A stretch of 64,000 bases of DNA, taken from Octopus vulgaris. Its lineage: Eukaryota. The stretch is from assembly GCA_951406725.2 (NCBI GenBank), contig OX597817.1, positions 110,980,001-111,044,000 of the forward strand. Direction: 5' to 3'. The position numbers and the translations under genes are program-made. The number at the start of each line of letters is the position of its first letter. Within the stretch, counting starts at the first letter, position 1. The notes below the pieces were generated by a model. The model made no database searches, had not been told where the DNA came from, and was given only the letters and a program-made list of their open reading frames with translations. This document shows, one piece after another, positions 62,112 through 64,000 of this stretch.

Positions 62112-64000
62112 CCTCTCTCCCCCCTCTCTCTGCCATCTTTTGTTTGTTCTGTACCTTTTAGTACCAACTCCTTTACTTTGGCTGTTGTTTACTGTTTGGC
62201 TTCCTACCTGTCCTTAGGTACCCCACTCCCTAATCATCCATGAACTCTTGTTACTTTTTGTTTCTTTTCTTCTTGAGAGGTGGGATGTTCTTGGTATTTA
62301 TTTTGTTTATTATTATTATTATTTTTTTTTACTTTCTCCTTGACCACCCAAAGGAGTAAGGGAGAGAGAGGTGATATTTTCTGAATTCTTTTTGGTGTAT
62401 GCCTAAGGAATGAGTAAGATGGACAAAATATACACATATTACTGTTAGGAGGGGATAGGAGAGAAGAACAATAAAACAATGTTAGTTCATTTGTCTTCCT
62501 GTGGAAAGTAGTGAAGATCTGAGACCTGACCTGCCAGGCTTTCAGTGTTCCAAGGTGACAGGGGTTCTTTATCAGAGGAAGAAATAAACTTTTTTTTCTC
62601 AAGTAAGAGATTGTTAAAGTATTACTTCCTTCACTTGTGTCTAATCCTCATAGGATTATCTCAATTGTTTGTTAAAACTCAAATCAGGTGAGAAATTCTA
62701 AATCATTCTTGTTTATTTCTTTTAGTAGGTAAACATTAGCTTTATAACAAAATAGTATTCATGTTATCAGTTTTTTTCTCTCTTCGTTGCTTTTTTTAAC
62801 CCTCCTTTTTAATTGCTAGTTTTATTCAAGTTGAAACCCATTACAAAAAAGCATCCCATTTAAGTTGACATGAACACACTGGTTAAGTATGATTGTTTTT
62901 CAGATTTTATTTCTGTAGATCCATTCACATATGACTATAGAGACCAATATGGGATTCACAAGTCCAATCATAGACTAAGCATTTGTTGTCCCATGAGAAA
63001 ATGTGTTGGTTGCTTCATTCTACATTCATGTTTGTGTGGGCTGTCAGCGTTGGACTCCATCATATGTAATCTCTCTTCATTTGCATTATTTCCTAATGAT
63101 TTCCACTTACATGTATATATGTGCATGTGTGTTTATACATATGTGTAATGATGGTGATGTGTGTGTGTTCATACATGTTTACACATATTTGTATACCTAA
63201 TTATACACTTGTATATACATGCACATTCACACATGTATTTACAACTCATGTCAGCATGTAAACCTGCATTAACAATTACAGAAATGCAGATGAATTATAG
63301 TACCAATTAAATACTGTAGCAGTAGTAGTAGCAGCAGCAGTAATAGTTTTTTTTTAATAACCACTTTAATTTTATTAATTGTGCAGTACATAAAAGAATG
63401 ACATGAGTTTGAAGGACTATTACTTAATTTTAAGAAATGGAAGAAGCAGATGTGTATGTGTATATATATATATATATATATGGGTTTCTAGCACATATTT
63501 GCAGTATCAACAAGTGAATGTGGGATTATCACATGCTTACTCACTAATGCATATAACTGTATACAAAATATTTATGCAGATGTATGGGAATGTCACCTTA
63601 TCTCACTTGTGGCAGTATGAAAAATGAACATTAAAGAAAGTTAGAAAACACTTTCATCTTTGTAGGAAAGAGTCAGGAGGTGGTGGGTTCAAATTGTTTC
63701 CAGAATTACAGATGATTAGATCACTTAAAATATAAGTTTTTTCCTATTCAATTTCTTTGGCTTAACATTCCAGAAGCAGGAAAATTTGGTTTTAGTATTT
63801 GTTACTTGATATTATCATCATATGTATTGCTTTCAAATTCATTACCTTAAGCTGGAATAGATAGATTTGTTCAAGTTTATAATACAGCTTATAATACAGC
63901 AACTTTTTAGCAGTTTGTATCACTTTTTTCTGAATCACACATATCTAAAATAGTGCAATTTTCTTCCCTGTACAAATTACCCAATCGTTTTCATTATCAT

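Noticed and set aside
62870-63148. ORF containing DPFTYDY, the FXYD-family signature
   Set aside because: No following glycine-containing transmembrane helix in the expected register, and the ORF runs into (TG/TA) low-complexity sequence. Most likely coincidence.
1-64000. CRISPR arrays, rRNA genes, operons or intact host CDS among the listed ORFs
   Set aside because: No regularly spaced repeat-spacer units and no rRNA motifs. The short ORFs overlap SINEs or microsatellites or have no recognisable domains.

Overview
This is AT-rich, repeat-dense eukaryotic DNA, not prokaryotic. The mix of tRNA-derived SINEs with internal (TG)n, RTE 3' ends ending in (GAT)n and many microsatellites looks like an octopus (coleoid cephalopod) genome; that is inferred from memory of these repeat families and was not verified. 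No intact protein-coding ORF is present. The ORF-track entries are noise or transposon debris. Recognisable coding remnants are a full-length but inactivated DD34D mariner (26402-27613) nested in a DD37D (maT-type) element, two more DD37D fragments, a Ty3/gypsy RNaseH-integrase remnant, RTE RT and 3' fragments, and an R4/Dong-type RLE fragment. Non-coding repeats include three distinct ~230-bp TTAA-flanked piggyBac-like MITE families, a TA-flanked CCGTA MITE, several modular SINE families and an abundant unnamed (CAA)n-tailed repeat. The window is CpG-depleted except for ~41.86-43.45 kb. It may be part of long introns of a + strand gene: several small-exon and microexon candidates exist (best: 589-594, 729-752, 53868-53882), but the gene cannot be identified and chance splice-like signals are common here. 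Family letters (A, A2, D, E, F, H) are my own working labels. I found no convincing new biological system; the best leads are listed as findings.
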